From an uncultured Syntrophaceae bacterium (GTDB lineage Bacteria; Desulfobacterota; Syntrophia; Syntrophales; UBA2192), in assembly GCA_964429555.1 (NCBI GenBank), contig CAYSDD010000002.1, positions 1 through 46,710 on the forward strand: a stretch of DNA of 46,710 bases. Reading direction: 5' to 3'. The notes beneath the pieces were generated by a model, which saw nothing but the letters and a program-made list of their open reading frames with translations, was not told the origin of the DNA and searched no databases. Each line of letters begins with the position of its first letter. Position 1 is the first letter of the stretch. This document shows positions 45,775-46,710 of the stretch, in pieces. Position numbers and translations under genes: made by a program.

Positions 45775-45852
45775 GAAGGTCGGAGAAGCGACAGGCATGC
45801 GATGGCCCTCCGCCGGATCCAAACCTCTCAACCTCTTACCCTCTTAACTTCT
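45749..45852 (+). repeat. Dispersed hairpin repeat, copy 2 (8-nt periodic arms)
   Basis: GAAGGTGA GAAGGTGA GAGGGTAA GAAGGTCG GAGAAGCG ... CCAAACCT CTCAACCT CTTACCCT CTTAACTT. The arms pair over ~29 nt with G:U-compatible mismatches. Confidence 0.85.
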
Positions 45853-45875
45853 GTTCGTGCAGGGGAGAGGGGAGA

Positions 45876-46710
45876 ATGGTCAAGGACAAGCAAAAGGACG
45901 AGCCCGCCCAGGACCTTGCGGCCCTGAAGAAGCGCCTCGCCGAGCTGGAACAGACGCTCAAGAACGAGCGGGAAACCTTCGGGACCATCATCCAGAAGTC
46001 GCCTTACGGGGTTCTGCTGCTCGACGAGAAGGGGAAGTTCATCTACACCAACCCCGAGTTCGTCCGGGTCACGGGCTACGCCCTCGAGGACGTCCCCACC
46101 GGGAAGGAATGGTTCCGCAGGGCATTCCCCGACGCCGAATACCGCAAGAAGGTCATCGAGACCTGGAAAGCCGACATGGCCGCCAACGTCCGGGGCAGCG
46201 CGCGGGTCTTCCACGTCACCTGCCGGGACGGCGTCACGAAGGTGCTCGAGTTCCGGGCGGCGCGCATCGACGAGCGGCGCGCCATGGTCATGCTCACCGA
46301 CATCACGGACCGCAAGCGCATCGAGTACGCCCTCATCGAGAGCGAGGAGCGCTTCCGCATCCTCTCGGACAACTCCCCCGTGGGCATCGCCCTGTCGAGA
46401 CCCGACGGGGTGTTCGAGTACCTCAACCCCCGCTTCACGGAGATCTTCGGCTACACCATCGAGGACCTCCCCGACAACGAGACGTTCCTGAAGCGGGTCT
46501 TCCCGAACCCCTCCTACCGCGACCTGGTGCGGTACTTCTACCGCGAGGACATGGAGAATTTCATCAAGCACCGCAAGGTGGGGGAGCGCGTCGTGACGAT
46601 CCGCGTCCGGGGGGGCTCCGACCGCATCATGCACACCCGGATGGTGATCCTCGGAAACGGCAAGCAGCTGATGACCTACGAGGACATCACGGACCTCAAG
46701 AAGATGGAGG
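45876..46710 (+). CDS. PAS-domain sensor protein, N-terminal part (runs off the window)
   Basis: ATG 45876 after GGGGAGAGGGGAG, open to the window end. Two PAS S-box-like repeats (SPYGVLLLDEKGKFIYTNPEFVRVTGY; SPVGIALSRPDGVFEYLNPRFTEIFGY). Absent from the ORF track because no stop is reached. Confidence 0.8.
   Translation, partial: MVKDKQKDEPAQDLAALKKRLAELEQTLKNERETFGTIIQKSPYGVLLLDEKGKFIYTNPEFVRVTGYALEDVPTGKEWFRRAFPDAEYRKKVIETWKADMAANVRGSARVFHVTCRDGVTKVLEFRAARIDERRAMVMLTDITDRKRIEYALIESEERFRILSDNSPVGIALSRPDGVFEYLNPRFTEIFGYTIEDLPDNETFLKRVFPNPSYRDLVRYFYREDMENFIKHRKVGERVVTIRVRGGSDRIMHTRMVILGNGKQLMTYEDITDLKKME

Overview
GC-rich (~65-70%) bacterial chromosomal window whose gene content suggests an anaerobic delta-proteobacterium-like organism (inference only). 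There are four blocks. (1) 1-11.1 kb, + strand housekeeping: mazG, DUF2065, queA, tgt, yajC-secD-secF, DUF456, lepB, a peptide-type ABC substrate-binding lipoprotein and an ATP-grasp protein, punctuated by unusual hairpin-forming intergenic elements. (2) 11.2-20.6 kb, tightly packed minus-strand array: P-type cation ATPase, small RelA/SpoT-domain alarmone synthetase, class I PHA synthase, MgtE, glycogen synthase, then a stand-alone GMP-synthase-like PP-loop protein. (3) 20.7-28.2 kb, seven-gene minus-strand compatible-solute operon: otsA-otsB-hypothetical-treT-HAD phosphatase-GT2-glucosyl/mannosyl-3-phosphoglycerate-synthase-like GT. It has a strong promoter and a terminator hairpin in its leader. 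(4) 28.7-42.4 kb, a ~13.7 kb selenium-centred island: yedF; a divergent acyl-CoA-dehydratase-type activase plus single-subunit double-cubane-type reductase; an operon tRNA(UCA)-selB-like-short CysRS-monothiol thioredoxin-like-HMA-like; lysR-thrC; and yedE-tusA-like-DUF3343 fusion-YjeF_C/NnrD-like kinase fold-selD. selD carries an in-frame UGA (Sec) that the ORF track splits. The window ends with two tandem DUF4124 genes, mnmA, an alpha/beta hydrolase and a partial PAS protein. The most interesting signal is the UCA-anticodon tRNA. It folds as a tRNASec mimic (8-bp acceptor, 4-bp bulged T stem, long variable arm) but has U73 plus encoded CCA. It sits directly upstream of a SelB-like factor with an altered aminoacyl-pocket motif and a CysRS lacking the C-terminal anticodon-binding module. 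Together these look like a candidate UGA-to-Cys (or Sec/Cys switching) recoding module. No CRISPR arrays, rRNA, transposases or integrases were seen. Many long ORFs in the track are antisense or off-frame artefacts of high GC.
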